64,000 nt of DNA from Candidatus Latescibacterota bacterium (GTDB taxonomy: Bacteria > Latescibacterota > UBA2968 > UBA8231), in contig OY730476.1 of NCBI GenBank assembly GCA_963422735.1, forward strand, positions 4,800,001-4,864,000, written 5' to 3'. The notes under the pieces were generated by a model. It ran no database searches. It had not been told where the DNA came from and saw nothing but the letters and a program-made list of their open reading frames with translations. The translations under genes were made by a program, and so were the position numbers. Shown here in pieces: positions 29,244-38,739 of the stretch (the first letter of the stretch is position 1; each line of letters starts with the position of its first letter).

Positions 29244-30872
29244 TTAAGGGGCCGGCTGGACGACCCTGAGCACTTGGTTGGCGGCGACCTTTTCTAGGGT
29301 CTGATGCGTCCCGTCCGGCCAGTGGATTTCCACTTGGGCGCTCGTGGCCGCGCCCAGCCCGAAATGCAGGCGCGGATCGTGGCTGGCCAGATAGCTACCG
29401 CCCGATTGTCGCTCCTGCACTTGGCGCACCCCGCCAGCCGTAACTTCTACCCGCGTGCCGAGGGCATCGGGATGGCTCTTTCCCACCAGTAGAATTTGCA
29501 AATAGTGGCGGGCATTGCCGCCGTCGTTGCGCAACAGTCGCGGCCGGGCCGCTACCGTGGTCACTAGGAGGTCGAGGTCGCCGTCGTCGTCGTAGTCGGC
29601 GACAGCCGTGGCTCGGCCGGCGTTGGCCTTTTGGAAATCTAGTCCCAATGCGGCCGAGACGTCGGCAAAGCGGCGGCCAGCGTCGTTGCGGAACATCTGG
29701 TTGGGTTGCCGATAGGTCTGGCCCGAATCCACTTCTGCAATGCGGTCGATGACGTGGCCGTTGGCGGCGAAAAGGTCGAGGTCGCCGTCGTTGTCGTAGT
29801 CGAAAAACTTGGTGCCAAAGCCGAGGGGTCGATACGAGGGGTCGGCCAGCCCCAGGCGCTGGGTGGCGACGGCGAATTGGCCTTGGCCGTCGTTGCGGTA
29901 GAGGGCGTTGGTCTCAAAGGCGAAGTTGGTGACGAAAAGGTCGGCGTCGCCATCGCGGTCGTAGTCGCCAAAATCGACGCCCATGCCCGCGTCGGCGCTA
30001 CCGTACTCGTTGTAGCGAGTGCCGGCAATCAAACCCACTTCGGCGAAGGTGCTGTGCTGATTGGCGTAGAGGAAGTTCATGGTGCCGTCGTTGGCCACGT
30101 AGATGTCGGTGTCGCCGTCGCGGTCGTAGTCGGCTAGCGCAACGCCTAGCCCCTTGCCCTTGAGGGCGATGCCGGTCTCCTTGGTGACATTGGCGAAGGT
30201 GTGGCCGTCGTTGCGGTAGAGGAGGTCGCCTGTGGGGTCGTACACGCTAGGCTCGCAGTACGCGCGCACTTGGCCCTGCTGGCAGATGGCGTCGTCGTCG
30301 AGGGTGTAGCGCACGTAGTTGGCGACGAAGAGGTCGAGATCGCCGTCGAGGTCGTAGTCGAGGAAGCCGGCACTAGTGCCCCAGCGTGGATCTTCTAGGC
30401 CGGCCGGCGTTTTGGCAAAGGTGCCTTGGTCGTTGCGATAGAGGGCGTTGGGGCCGTAATTGGCGACGAAGAGGTCGGGGTCGCCGTCGGCGTCGTAGTC
30501 TGCGGCCGCGACGCCAAAGCCGTAGCTGGGGTCGGCGCTGCCGCTGTGGGCGGTGACGTCGGCGAAGGTGCCCGCGCCCGCGTTGCGATAGAGCTGGTTG
30601 ACCGGCGGCGGATTCGGGGGATGACCGGTCAGGTAGGTGCCGTTGGCGAGATAGAGGTCGAGGCGGTCGTCGCCATCGTAGTCGAGGAAAGCAGCTCCGG
30701 CACCGAAGGTTTCGACATAGTAGTATTCGCCGGAAAAGCCGTTGTAGTGGACGAAGAAGATGCCGGCGTCGGCACCGGCGTCGGCAAAATGCACCGGCGG
30801 TGCTGGGGGGGCTTGGGGGGCACAGGCGCAGAGGGTGCTGGCGAGGGCGAGGCCCCATATCTTGTCGTTCAC
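29244..30872 (-). CDS. CRTAC1 (ASPIC/UnbV, FG-GAP repeat) family lipoprotein
   Basis: Likely GTG start 30872 (lipobox LCAC). ETFGAGAAFLDYDGD, AGMGVDFGDYD, SYLASHDPRLHFGLG. Confidence 0.9.
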   Translation of the reverse strand: MNDKIWGLALASTLCACAPQAPPAPPVHFADAGADAGIFFVHYNGFSGEYYYVETFGAGAAFLDYDGDDRLDLYLANGTYLTGHPPNPPPVNQLYRNAGAGTFADVTAHSGSADPSYGFGVAAADYDADGDPDLFVANYGPNALYRNDQGTFAKTPAGLEDPRWGTSAGFLDYDLDGDLDLFVANYVRYTLDDDAICQQGQVRAYCEPSVYDPTGDLLYRNDGHTFANVTKETGIALKGKGLGVALADYDRDGDTDIYVANDGTMNFLYANQHSTFAEVGLIAGTRYNEYGSADAGMGVDFGDYDRDGDADLFVTNFAFETNALYRNDGQGQFAVATQRLGLADPSYRPLGFGTKFFDYDNDGDLDLFAANGHVIDRIAEVDSGQTYRQPNQMFRNDAGRRFADVSAALGLDFQKANAGRATAVADYDDDGDLDLLVTTVAARPRLLRNDGGNARHYLQILLVGKSHPDALGTRVEVTAGGVRQVQERQSGGSYLASHDPRLHFGLGAATSAQVEIHWPDGTHQTLEKVAANQVLRVVQPAP

Positions 30873-30932
30873 CAAACAGCCTTTAGGGTCGTCGTCGGCC
30901 GCCATGCGATAGACGAATCTCAGCACCGATGT

Positions 30933-31229
30933 CTATGTACAGCCATCCCCGGTCGGCGCAGCCGCGCGACGCCGGCAGAGCGTTTGGTTAGGGACTCTAA
31001 ATTGGGCGAACTCAATGACGTCGAGGGTTTGGGGTCGGGCCAGTTCCTTGCGCTGCTGGAGAAGTCGATCCAGCGCCTTGGCGGTTTGGGCCGCCATATA
31101 GGATTGATGGCCATGGGGACAACGGACCACCGGCACCTTATCCACCAGAAACTTATCGTTCTTGGGGCCATACACTTGCGTCTTGTAGCGCAGCTTCGCG
31201 CCGTCCTTACCGCAGTAGTCGCAAGTCAT
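30933..31229 (-). CDS. YgiT-type zinc finger (MqsA-like) antitoxin
   Basis: MTCDYCG...VDKVPVVRCPHGHQSY...VIEFA. ATGA-coupled to the upstream toxin remnant. The C-terminal tail may be a read-through extension. Confidence 0.75.
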   Translation of the reverse strand: MTCDYCGKDGAKLRYKTQVYGPKNDKFLVDKVPVVRCPHGHQSYMAAQTAKALDRLLQQRKELARPQTLDVIEFAQFRVPNQTLCRRRAAAPTGDGCT

Positions 31230-31450
31230 GGGGTTTCTCTCCAAGCCGTGGTAAAAACCAGTTTGCCTGTTGGACTAATGCCAAGTTGCCTGCTTTTGTC
31301 TCACCTAAGATGACGTATTTGCATTCGCCCGAGGTTGAATCCGCTCAATAAGGAGTATGTGAATTCCTCATAGGTATGATCGGGAATAATATACTCACTG
31401 GCGCGGATCTTGTCGCGCATCTGGTAGAGGATATAGGTCGTGCATCGCAT
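31226..31450 (-). pseudogene. Eroded DUF4258-type toxin
   Basis: Fragments in different frames: ILYQMRDKIRASEYIIPDHTYEEF / ECKYVILGETKAG / ISPTGKLVFTTAWRETP*. The stop overlaps the antitoxin start. Confidence 0.65.
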
Positions 31451-31593
31451 GCCGTCCCCCAATATATAGACCGCCGCGTTCTCTTGCTGTGCAGCGATCT
31501 CTGCGTTGGCAGGCGGACGATTTCCCTCTTGCGCGATGGGGTCGCGGCTTATTTAATGGTGGCGTTACTAACCACTAAACAGGAGAATAGACG

Positions 31594-31785
31594 ATGCCGT
31601 TTATCAACGTGAAGATGCTCGCGGGGCGTTCCGCCGAGCAGAAGCGGGCTTTAGTCGAAGCCTTGACCGAGGCCATGGTGGATACCTGCAACGCGCCCCG
31701 AGAGGGGACGACGGTAGTGCTCGAAGAATGCGAGCGCGAGCACTGGGCCGTCGGTGGGATGCTGGTGGCGGACCGCCCGGAATAA
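31594..31785 (+). CDS. 4-oxalocrotonate tautomerase family protein
   Basis: N-terminal Pro (MPFINVKMLAGRSAEQKRALV), HWAVGG, 63 aa, AGGAG RBS. Confidence 0.93.
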   Translation: MPFINVKMLAGRSAEQKRALVEALTEAMVDTCNAPREGTTVVLEECEREHWAVGGMLVADRPE

Positions 31786-31801
31786 GGCGGAATAGGCCAT
31801 A

Positions 31802-33209
31802 TCACAGCACATAGGCCAAAGCTGTGGCGATGAGCAGGCCGAAAAAGACCCAGCCTAGCAGGGCCTCGGCAACAGCGAGGAGTTTGAGCTTGCCCGTCGC
31901 GTCCCAGGCTTGGGAGTTGATGTGGATAAAGGTATAGATGCTGAAGACGATGCAGTCGGCGAGAGTGGGCTGGCCTGCGCCGGAGGCGGGGCGCATGGAG
32001 TCAGAAGCTGTGCGGTACGCCAAGCCGAAGAGGAGGATAATGGCGAGCGTGAAGGCGATTAGTTGCTGGGGGGCCGTGCCGTAATCCGAACTCAAGCGCC
32101 ACAGTTCGAGGCCCCAGCGCGCTGGCTCGTGCGGGGCGCGTGCGAGGCGCTGGTGGTCCATGCGTTCGGCGTGGCAAGCTGCGGCGTCGCCGTCCAGGCC
32201 TTGGGCTAGGAATTGGTGGTACAGGGCAGCATAGGTTAGGTCGAGGGCGGCAGCGTGGGCTGAGTCGGCTGAGGCGAGATGGCCTGCTAGCTGGGCCCAG
32301 CGCACTTGGATGCGGCCGAAGCGCGGCTGGTGCAAGTAGAGTCGGCTGCCAGTGGCGAAGGTCGAATCCGCCCCGGCCGGCCGCAGGTCGAGCAGGGCGA
32401 AGGCGGCGCGGCTCAGGTTGAGGGAGCGGTTGAAAAAAGCACCGAGGCGGATGACACGACCCTCGCTCTCGCTGAAGTCGGCCTCTTGGCGGAAATACGC
32501 CCCATCAAAGCGGGCCTTGCCAAAGATCGCACTGCGAAAGCGCGCCGCCTTCGCGAACGTGAAGTCGGCAAAGGACGCCTCGCCGCTAAAATGCGCTCGG
32601 TCAAAGGCGGCCTCCCCGTCGGCGCGTCCGCTGTCAAAGGACACCTCCTCGGCAAAGCGCGCATCCCAAAACAGCGCTCGGTCGGCGAAGCGTACGCCGG
32701 CGAAGGAGAGGGGCTGCGCCCAAGCGGTTTCCTTGAAGGAGGTGATTCCGGCGAATGCGGCGTCGGTGAAGGTGGCAGGCGCGGCAAAGGCGGCCTGCTC
32801 GAAATAGGCGGCGTTGTCGAATTGGCTTTGTGCGAAATTGGCGCTATGGCCCGCAAAGCGTGCGCCGACGAAAGAGGCGACTCCGGCGAAGCGGCTTGCC
32901 GCTAGGTCGGCATCGCCGAAGAAGTGGGTTTTTTGGAAGGTCGCGTGCTTGACCAGATGGCTGGCGCACAGGGAGAAGGCGGCGGTAAAACGCGCTTCGG
33001 CAAAGGAGAGGCCACCGGCGAAGTGGGTGCGTTCAAAGCGCACCGGGGCGAGGAACGCTACTTGGCTGAAGGATACCTCGTCGAGAAAGTACATCAATGG
33101 GGAGCAGGGGAAGGGTTTGGCCGGCGATAGTGGTATCGGCCGCGGGCGTCTGGGCGCACAAGGCGGTGCTCAAGAAGAGCAAGGCAGCAGATAAGAGTTT
33201 TGGTAGCAT
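31802..33209 (-). pseudogene. Pentapeptide-repeat protein with a C-terminal two-TM ion-channel-like domain; signal peptide out of frame
   Basis: The body ORF 31802-33097 has A.F..A.F repeats, DYG..P and TM-FS..TF-TM (EALLGW). A signal-peptide frame starting at ATG 33209 (MLPKLLSAALLFLSTALCAQ) is in a different frame and stops early. Confidence 0.65.
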
Positions 33210-33462
33210 ACGGGCTGTTGAGTTTCAAAAGCGCAGCGTGGCAACGGCTGATAAGCGTCCTCTATGATTCGGTAGCCACCGCCGCTATCTATAACGAAGA
33301 AGTAGATTTACGCGACGCTGTGCAGGCGTTTAATGAACTCTCGCAGGAGGAGCGGGAACAGGTGGCTTTGAGCGAGGCCGACTACAAGAAGCTCGCACGC
33401 GGTGCCCGGGCGACAATTCGCAACGACGTGAGCAACTGGCCCGATTCAAACGCGCTCGGCTG

Positions 33463-34779
33463 ATGGAGCTGTACATGGAGCGCGAGGTCGTTGCTAAAAT
33501 TGAGATCACCTCTGAGGAAATAGAGCGTCACTACCGAGAGAGCGGCCGGCACCGCGCCCTGCGCTTGGGCGGCATCATGGTCGAGCGCTTGGAGGAAGCA
33601 CGTGCGATCACCGACCAACTCGCCGCCGGGGCCGATTTTCACGCGCTGGCCAGCATACACTCGGTCCACTCGGAGACCGCCGCGCGGGGCGGCGACACCG
33701 GCATATACCTGACGCGCGACCAGATGTCGGCGGAGACGGTCGAGCAGGTGCTCAATCTGGCGATAGGGGACATTTCCGCTTCGGTGCGCGAAGTCTTCGG
33801 CCACGGGGATTTTTACGTGATCTACAAAGTCCTCGACGAGATTCCAGCGCCGCTGAGCGCGTCGGAGCGGATCATCGTCGAGGAGTTGACAATACAAAAG
33901 CGCCAAGAGCGATTGCAGGCACTCAGGGATTCGCTCGTGAAAGCGTACGCACCTGTGCCGCGCCCGGCTGCGATCCAACGGCTCGTCGAGAGTGGGGTCA
34001 TGGCAGATCAAGCCGAAGTTCTCTGCGCGTATCAGGGCGGGGATCTCACCGTAAGCGATTTCTTGGCAGCGTACGAGCGTCTCGCCGGCAGGAGCTTACA
34101 GGCGGCCGATAGTGCTCATGTGGCCGCGTTTTTGCACCGCCGGGTGCTGCCCGACCTGTTCGTGAGCGCCGAGATCGAGGCGGCTGGTCTAGCAGAGGAT
34201 GAGCGTTTCAAAGAGGCTGTGGCGTTTAAGAGCGAGGAGTTGATGCTCAGCGCATTGCGCCGGCGGGAGGTTGACCAGTACGCGAGTGTAACCGAAGAAG
34301 AAGTACACGGCTTCTACGACGCGCATCCCGAAAAATTCGCTCGGCCGGAGAACGCGACCATCGTCGAGATTTTGGTGGCGTCGGACTCGCTGGCTCAGCG
34401 CTTGGGGGATGAGCTGCGCGCGGGGGGCGATGCCGCAGAGCTAGCCAAGCGCCATACCCGGCGCGAGGGCAGCTTGCACCACGATGGCCAGATGCAGCTC
34501 AATGTCTATGTACAAGGGCTATTTCCCGTGTTGTCTGCTGCCGTGCAGGATGTCGCTGTCGGCGAGGTGGGTGGGCCGTTGAAGACCGAGCGGGGCTATT
34601 CGGTTTTCAAGGTGCTGGAGCGCACGCGCGAGCAGATCCCGTACAACGCCGAATCCTAGCGCCGTGCCCGGGCCTACGTGCGGATTGACAAGTCGAAAAG
34701 GGATTACGTGCGGTTCGTGCGCAATTTGTGGAATAAGTACCCGGTGAAAATCATCGAGGGTAGTTTGGAAAAGCTCTGA
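33463..34779 (+). pseudogene. PpiC/SurA-type peptidyl-prolyl isomerase, N-terminally truncated, with an in-frame TAG at 34657-34659
   Basis: Two parvulin-like domains (GADFHALASIHS...RGGDTG; GEVGGPLKTERGYSVFKV). It lacks the lipoprotein N-terminus seen in the paralog at 45188. The frame continues after TAG as RRARAYVRIDKSKRDYVRFVRNLWNKYPVKII until TGA 34779. Confidence 0.75.
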
Positions 34780-34866
34780 GAATTGTCGGTTGGATCGTGC
34801 GTCCACCTGAGCAGCCCGGATATCAATTATATCCTGTTTAATCGCTTTCTTCTAAGCGCATCTCGC

Positions 34867-35685
34867 CTAGCCGCTCGACGCCGGTGCCATGCGCTGCCAC
34901 TCCATCCACTCCGTAAGCCCGCGCTGGGTTGCGTCGAAGCGGGAGCGCACCTTTGGTGGAAACACGTAGTGATTTATGTTGCCTTGATTGCCCGCCAGCA
35001 GTTCCCGCATCGCCGGGTTGTAGGTGGCGTCAATATAATTAAAATAGAGGTTCGTGCGACGGCGGGATGATTTCTTGGGTGCGCCGGTGTGAAGCAGTGT
35101 CTCCGATAACATGATCATGTCCCCCGCCTTGCCGGTGACCTGCACGGCCCCGGGCAAGGCGCGGCCCCGGTACTCGGCCATGGGCAGGTCAATTTCCGAC
35201 TTGTGCGCCCCGGGCACCACCGTTAGACAGCCGTCTTCCTCATCATTGTCCGTCAGAAAGTACACACAATTCAACATGCGCGTGCGGATCTGCCCTCTGC
35301 GCACGGTATAGTCATCCGGGTTTAACCCCCGGTGCCACCCACCCCAAGGCGTGCCCTCCGTCTTCTCGATGGCCCAGGTATTGACGAGTTGGGGATGCTG
35401 CATCCAGCGCCGCAGGCGCTCCACCACCGGCGGTAAGCTGATGACCTCGTCGAACGCTTCCGTCCACAGCGGCAGGCCGTTGATCCGCCGCTGGCCTTCG
35501 GTGATCTGGACCGTCGTCTGCCCACGAACCCCCTTGTGCAGCCAAGGGTCGTCGTACCGGCGTGCGAAAAGTCGTTCAAGCTCTTCGAGGAAGCGCCGGC
35601 AGCACTCGGCGCCAAAGACGTTCCGCAGCATGAGAAAGCCCTGTGCGTCGAACTGGAAATCCTCCGCCAGTGCGAGTTCGTCCAT
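34867..35685 (-). CDS. Phytanoyl-CoA dioxygenase (PhyH) family Fe(II)/2OG enzyme with an HxG motif
   Basis: FDAQGFLML, WHRG, FLTD...GCLTVVPGAHK, KAGDMIMLSETLLHTG, RRT. Confidence 0.88.
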   Translation of the reverse strand: MDELALAEDFQFDAQGFLMLRNVFGAECCRRFLEELERLFARRYDDPWLHKGVRGQTTVQITEGQRRINGLPLWTEAFDEVISLPPVVERLRRWMQHPQLVNTWAIEKTEGTPWGGWHRGLNPDDYTVRRGQIRTRMLNCVYFLTDNDEEDGCLTVVPGAHKSEIDLPMAEYRGRALPGAVQVTGKAGDMIMLSETLLHTGAPKKSSRRRTNLYFNYIDATYNPAMRELLAGNQGNINHYVFPPKVRSRFDATQRGLTEWMEWQRMAPASSG

Positions 35686-35704
35686 AATTATTCCTCCCCA
35701 GACT

Positions 35705-35755
35705 GTGGTTAGGGGTTAGTGGTCAGTGGTTAGTGGTCAGTGGTCAGTGGTTAGT
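35705..35755. repeat. Heptamer tandem array (GTGGTYA)x7
   Basis: GTGGTTA GGGGTTA GTGGTCA GTGGTTA GTGGTCA GTGGTCA GTGGTTA. On the minus strand it lies just upstream of the RBS of the gene starting at 35685. Confidence 0.95.
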
Positions 35756-35990
35756 CCCATCTGCCCCCTTGGCGACGGGCCCCCGGAACATTGACGCGGG
35801 GTACCGCGCTGGCCCGGACGAGTCTACGGGCAGGCCGAGTGAAACCGCCTACATGAGACCTGGATTCCCAACCGTACACTAGGAAATTCCGTCAATAAAT
35901 GAGCACTATTCACTAAGCTAATTCCGGGACGCGACATATAGCTCGCCATTCAAATGTAGATTTCAAGGTTGTCTTGCGTAAAAGAGAACT

Positions 35991-37010
35991 TTATTCCTCT
36001 TTTCCGAAAACGTCGTCGATGGCCCTTGCAATCGGCCACGCGCCTTCGGAAGTGTTCGAAAAAACCGCGTAGTCCAACTGCCGCTGACAGTCGATGGCAG
36101 ACTTGAAGGAGATACCGGTATCCGCTCCCATGATATAGTGCTGGAGAGTTCCGTCTGCGCGTCTGCGAATCCACATTCCATGTCCGTAGTGGAGACAGGA
36201 ATCGCCGCTGACACCGGAGAAAGGCGCACTGAAGGTTCGCACCAATTCCTCGGAGACGATCTCGCCGTTCCAAAACCCGTCCCAGAGAGCCGTGATGTCT
36301 GCCAGCGTCGAGAACAAACCGCCGTCCGAGGCACCGACGATGGGCAGGTTGTAGATGTTCGTCCGCCAGCTCTTTCCGTCTTCGATGTAGCCAAGGGCCG
36401 TGCATTCCGGTAGTTGGTTCATGGCAAAAAATCCAGAGCGATCCATTCTTGCTGGCCTGAGGATCTCCTCGGCGACGACGTCCTGAAAGTGCTCCCCTGT
36501 TACCTCTTCCACCACTACACCTAGCAGGATGTAACCGCTGTTGCAGTACGAGAAGCCTTCCCCTGGTGCAAACTTCATCTCCCGTTGTGGGAACACCGAC
36601 AGATAGTCTTTCGGACCTCTTAGCTCGTACCAAGGGATGTCGACGGTAAAATTGTCGAAGTCCTCGATGAGCTCTTCGTCGTAATAGTCGGGAATCCCAG
36701 AGGTGTGGGTAAGCAGATGCTGGACGGTGATTGCCTCTGAGTAATCCGGCAGCTCCACTGAGATACAGTCGCGCACTTGAGTAGTCAATGCCAGCCGACC
36801 CGCGTCGATGAGACGACCCACGGTCAATGCCGTCAGCAGCTTCGTTCCAGAAGCGATTCCAAAGCGCGTCTCTGCGGTGTTAGCGATGGAGTTGGCGCGA
36901 TCGGCAAACCCGGCAGATCTCTCGTACATCGGCTGGCCATGTCGCCGGACACTGACGACGCCGGAGAAAGCGCACTCCTCGACGAGCTCGTCTAGGGGAT
37001 CCCAGTGCAT
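35991..37010 (-). CDS. Serine hydrolase, class C beta-lactamase/PBP-like family
   Basis: FSGVV, IASGTK (SxxK), LLTHTSGI, FSYCNSGY (YxN), GGLFST. Confidence 0.92.
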   Translation of the reverse strand: MHWDPLDELVEECAFSGVVSVRRHGQPMYERSAGFADRANSIANTAETRFGIASGTKLLTALTVGRLIDAGRLALTTQVRDCISVELPDYSEAITVQHLLTHTSGIPDYYDEELIEDFDNFTVDIPWYELRGPKDYLSVFPQREMKFAPGEGFSYCNSGYILLGVVVEEVTGEHFQDVVAEEILRPARMDRSGFFAMNQLPECTALGYIEDGKSWRTNIYNLPIVGASDGGLFSTLADITALWDGFWNGEIVSEELVRTFSAPFSGVSGDSCLHYGHGMWIRRRADGTLQHYIMGADTGISFKSAIDCQRQLDYAVFSNTSEGAWPIARAIDDVFGKEE

Positions 37011-37064
37011 AGGCTTACAAGATTGGCCGCCAAGCTCACGGCTCTGCTCCCGGGCCGGACAGAG

Positions 37065-37949
37065 CTACTCCGGCTCCTCGCCAATACTCGCCAGCCGAGC
37101 CTTTGCCTCCGCATAGAGATTCGCGGGCAATGGACCCGCTAGGGCCGCAGCGACATTGGACTGCATGTGTTCGAGGTTAGTCGTGCCGACAATCGTCGTG
37201 TGACACGCTGGATGCGCGAGAGTGAAGCGCAGGACAAACTCATGGCGACTCATCCCGCCGATGAGTTCGTCGAGGCCGGACCGCTCCCACTTCGACTGGC
37301 ACTCCTCATTGGCTCGGTGTCCGAGGCTAATGCCACCGCGAATGAGAATGCCAGCTCCGGCGTCGGCTGCTTGCTGAATCATCCTTTCGTGCTGGCGCTC
37401 AAGGGCAGAGTAGGGAATCTGGAAAGCGTCAAACGCACCCGACGCTACAAACGCAGCCAAGTGCGGCATTGTGGAAGACACGCCGATAAAACGAGTCTTT
37501 CCCGCTTGGCGGATATCCTCGAGAACATCGATCAGCCCTCCCAACTCGACCTCTTTCACGGTGGGATTGTGCATTTGTAGCAGATCTACGCAGTCGGTCT
37601 TCAGGCGGCGCAAGCTCTGATCGATATTGGTGTGCAGGCGCTCGGCCGTCCACAGGTGGCCCGGCTCCAGTCTATTGCCCTCCTCGTCGATGTTGCAGCC
37701 ACACTTGGTAGCTAGGAAAAACTCGTCGCGGCGATGGCTGAGGTATTGGCCGACCCGCGCCTCGCTCGCGCCGTAATCTGGGGCCGTGTCAACGAGGTTG
37801 ATCCCCGCATCGAGGGCCGCATTCAATACGCTACCGGCCTGATCGTCGTACTCCGCTTCATCTGGCAGGCCGCGCTCGGCCGCTCCGAAGCCGAGTTGTG
37901 TGACCTCGAGCCCCGTGCGACCGAGGGTGCGCTTAGTCAAATTTTCCAT
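37065..37949 (-). CDS. Aldo/keto reductase
   Basis: LGRTGLEVTQLGFG, DTAPDYG, LATKCG, SLRRLKTD.VDLLQMH. Confidence 0.92.
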   Translation of the reverse strand: MENLTKRTLGRTGLEVTQLGFGAAERGLPDEAEYDDQAGSVLNAALDAGINLVDTAPDYGASEARVGQYLSHRRDEFFLATKCGCNIDEEGNRLEPGHLWTAERLHTNIDQSLRRLKTDCVDLLQMHNPTVKEVELGGLIDVLEDIRQAGKTRFIGVSSTMPHLAAFVASGAFDAFQIPYSALERQHERMIQQAADAGAGILIRGGISLGHRANEECQSKWERSGLDELIGGMSRHEFVLRFTLAHPACHTTIVGTTNLEHMQSNVAAALAGPLPANLYAEAKARLASIGEEPE

Positions 37950-38710
37950 TGTTCCTCTTCAAGTTGTGTTACTGTATCGTTCGATGAATTGAAGCGAATG
38001 ATCTTCTCCCACAAAATCTGTCCTTCCGAATCACAAAAATCTTGCATGAATTCCATCGTAAATTTGTTGACGGTCTTACTGTACTCTTGCAAAAACTGTT
38101 CATTTCTTTCTTTTGCTTTATGGCCAAGGGGACCAACAATTTTAGTATATAAAGACTCACTCCCCGAAATAAATGACCAAAACCCCTGTCCGCACAATTT
38201 GAGGTAATCCCCTTTGTCTGGCCGATTATTTTTACCATAGCAACATCCATTGACGGCGACTACCTTTACTGTAGAAGATACATTACTTCCCAGAATCCTT
38301 TTGGCCTTCCTAAAATTATCCTGCATCTTTTTAATTTGGCTGCTATTTCCCCAGTTTGGGCCAGATTTGATAGAGACGATATATTTTGTTTGATCTCTTT
38401 CAAACTCCAGATCAATCCCTTCTGCTGATGACTTTATTCCACCAAACACTTGAGCACATACGAAAACAGCCAGTTCTTCTAGGAATCCCCCAAACAATCC
38501 TTCTTCTGAAGAAGACAAAAATGCGTCTAGGATACTTTTGACGAGATCACCTGCGGTAGTGATGTTTTTGGCCTTGAATAGATAGGGATTCTTTCGCTTG
38601 AGAACATTTTCCAATTTTAGTGTCTCGAGTTTTTCCAAACGGCTTTGATGAAAATGATGGATATTTGCTTCAACGTACTCGGTGATTTCATGCTGTGTAA
38701 TGGGTTTCAT
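37937..38710 (-). CDS. EcoO109I/PmeII family type II restriction endonuclease
   Basis: KRKNPYLF, SSSEEGLFGGFLEEL, GIDLEF...SIKSGPNWGNSSQ, GCCYG, CGQGFW. AT-rich. Confidence 0.85.
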   Translation of the reverse strand: MKPITQHEITEYVEANIHHFHQSRLEKLETLKLENVLKRKNPYLFKAKNITTAGDLVKSILDAFLSSSEEGLFGGFLEELAVFVCAQVFGGIKSSAEGIDLEFERDQTKYIVSIKSGPNWGNSSQIKKMQDNFRKAKRILGSNVSSTVKVVAVNGCCYGKNNRPDKGDYLKLCGQGFWSFISGSESLYTKIVGPLGHKAKERNEQFLQEYSKTVNKFTMEFMQDFCDSEGQILWEKIIRFNSSNDTVTQLEEEQWKI

Positions 38711-38739
38711 AGGGCACTTTTTTTTTCAAAAAGAGTGTG

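Noticed and set aside
34657-34659. Amber read-through (pyrrolysine or genetic-code reassignment) in the PPIase gene
   Set aside because: TAG is the normal stop of many intact genes here (e.g. 9767, 14409, 49894), no pyl genes are visible, and the gene is also truncated at the 5' end.
35705-35720. Telomere-like GGTTAGGGGTTAG sequence
   Set aside because: It is a single variant unit within the heptamer array, internal to a bacterial gene cluster.
35760-35990. Possible riboswitch or IS end upstream of the PhyH-like gene
   Set aside because: GC-rich stems are present, but I could not match a known riboswitch consensus or find a partner inverted repeat. An Rfam/ISfinder search would be needed.
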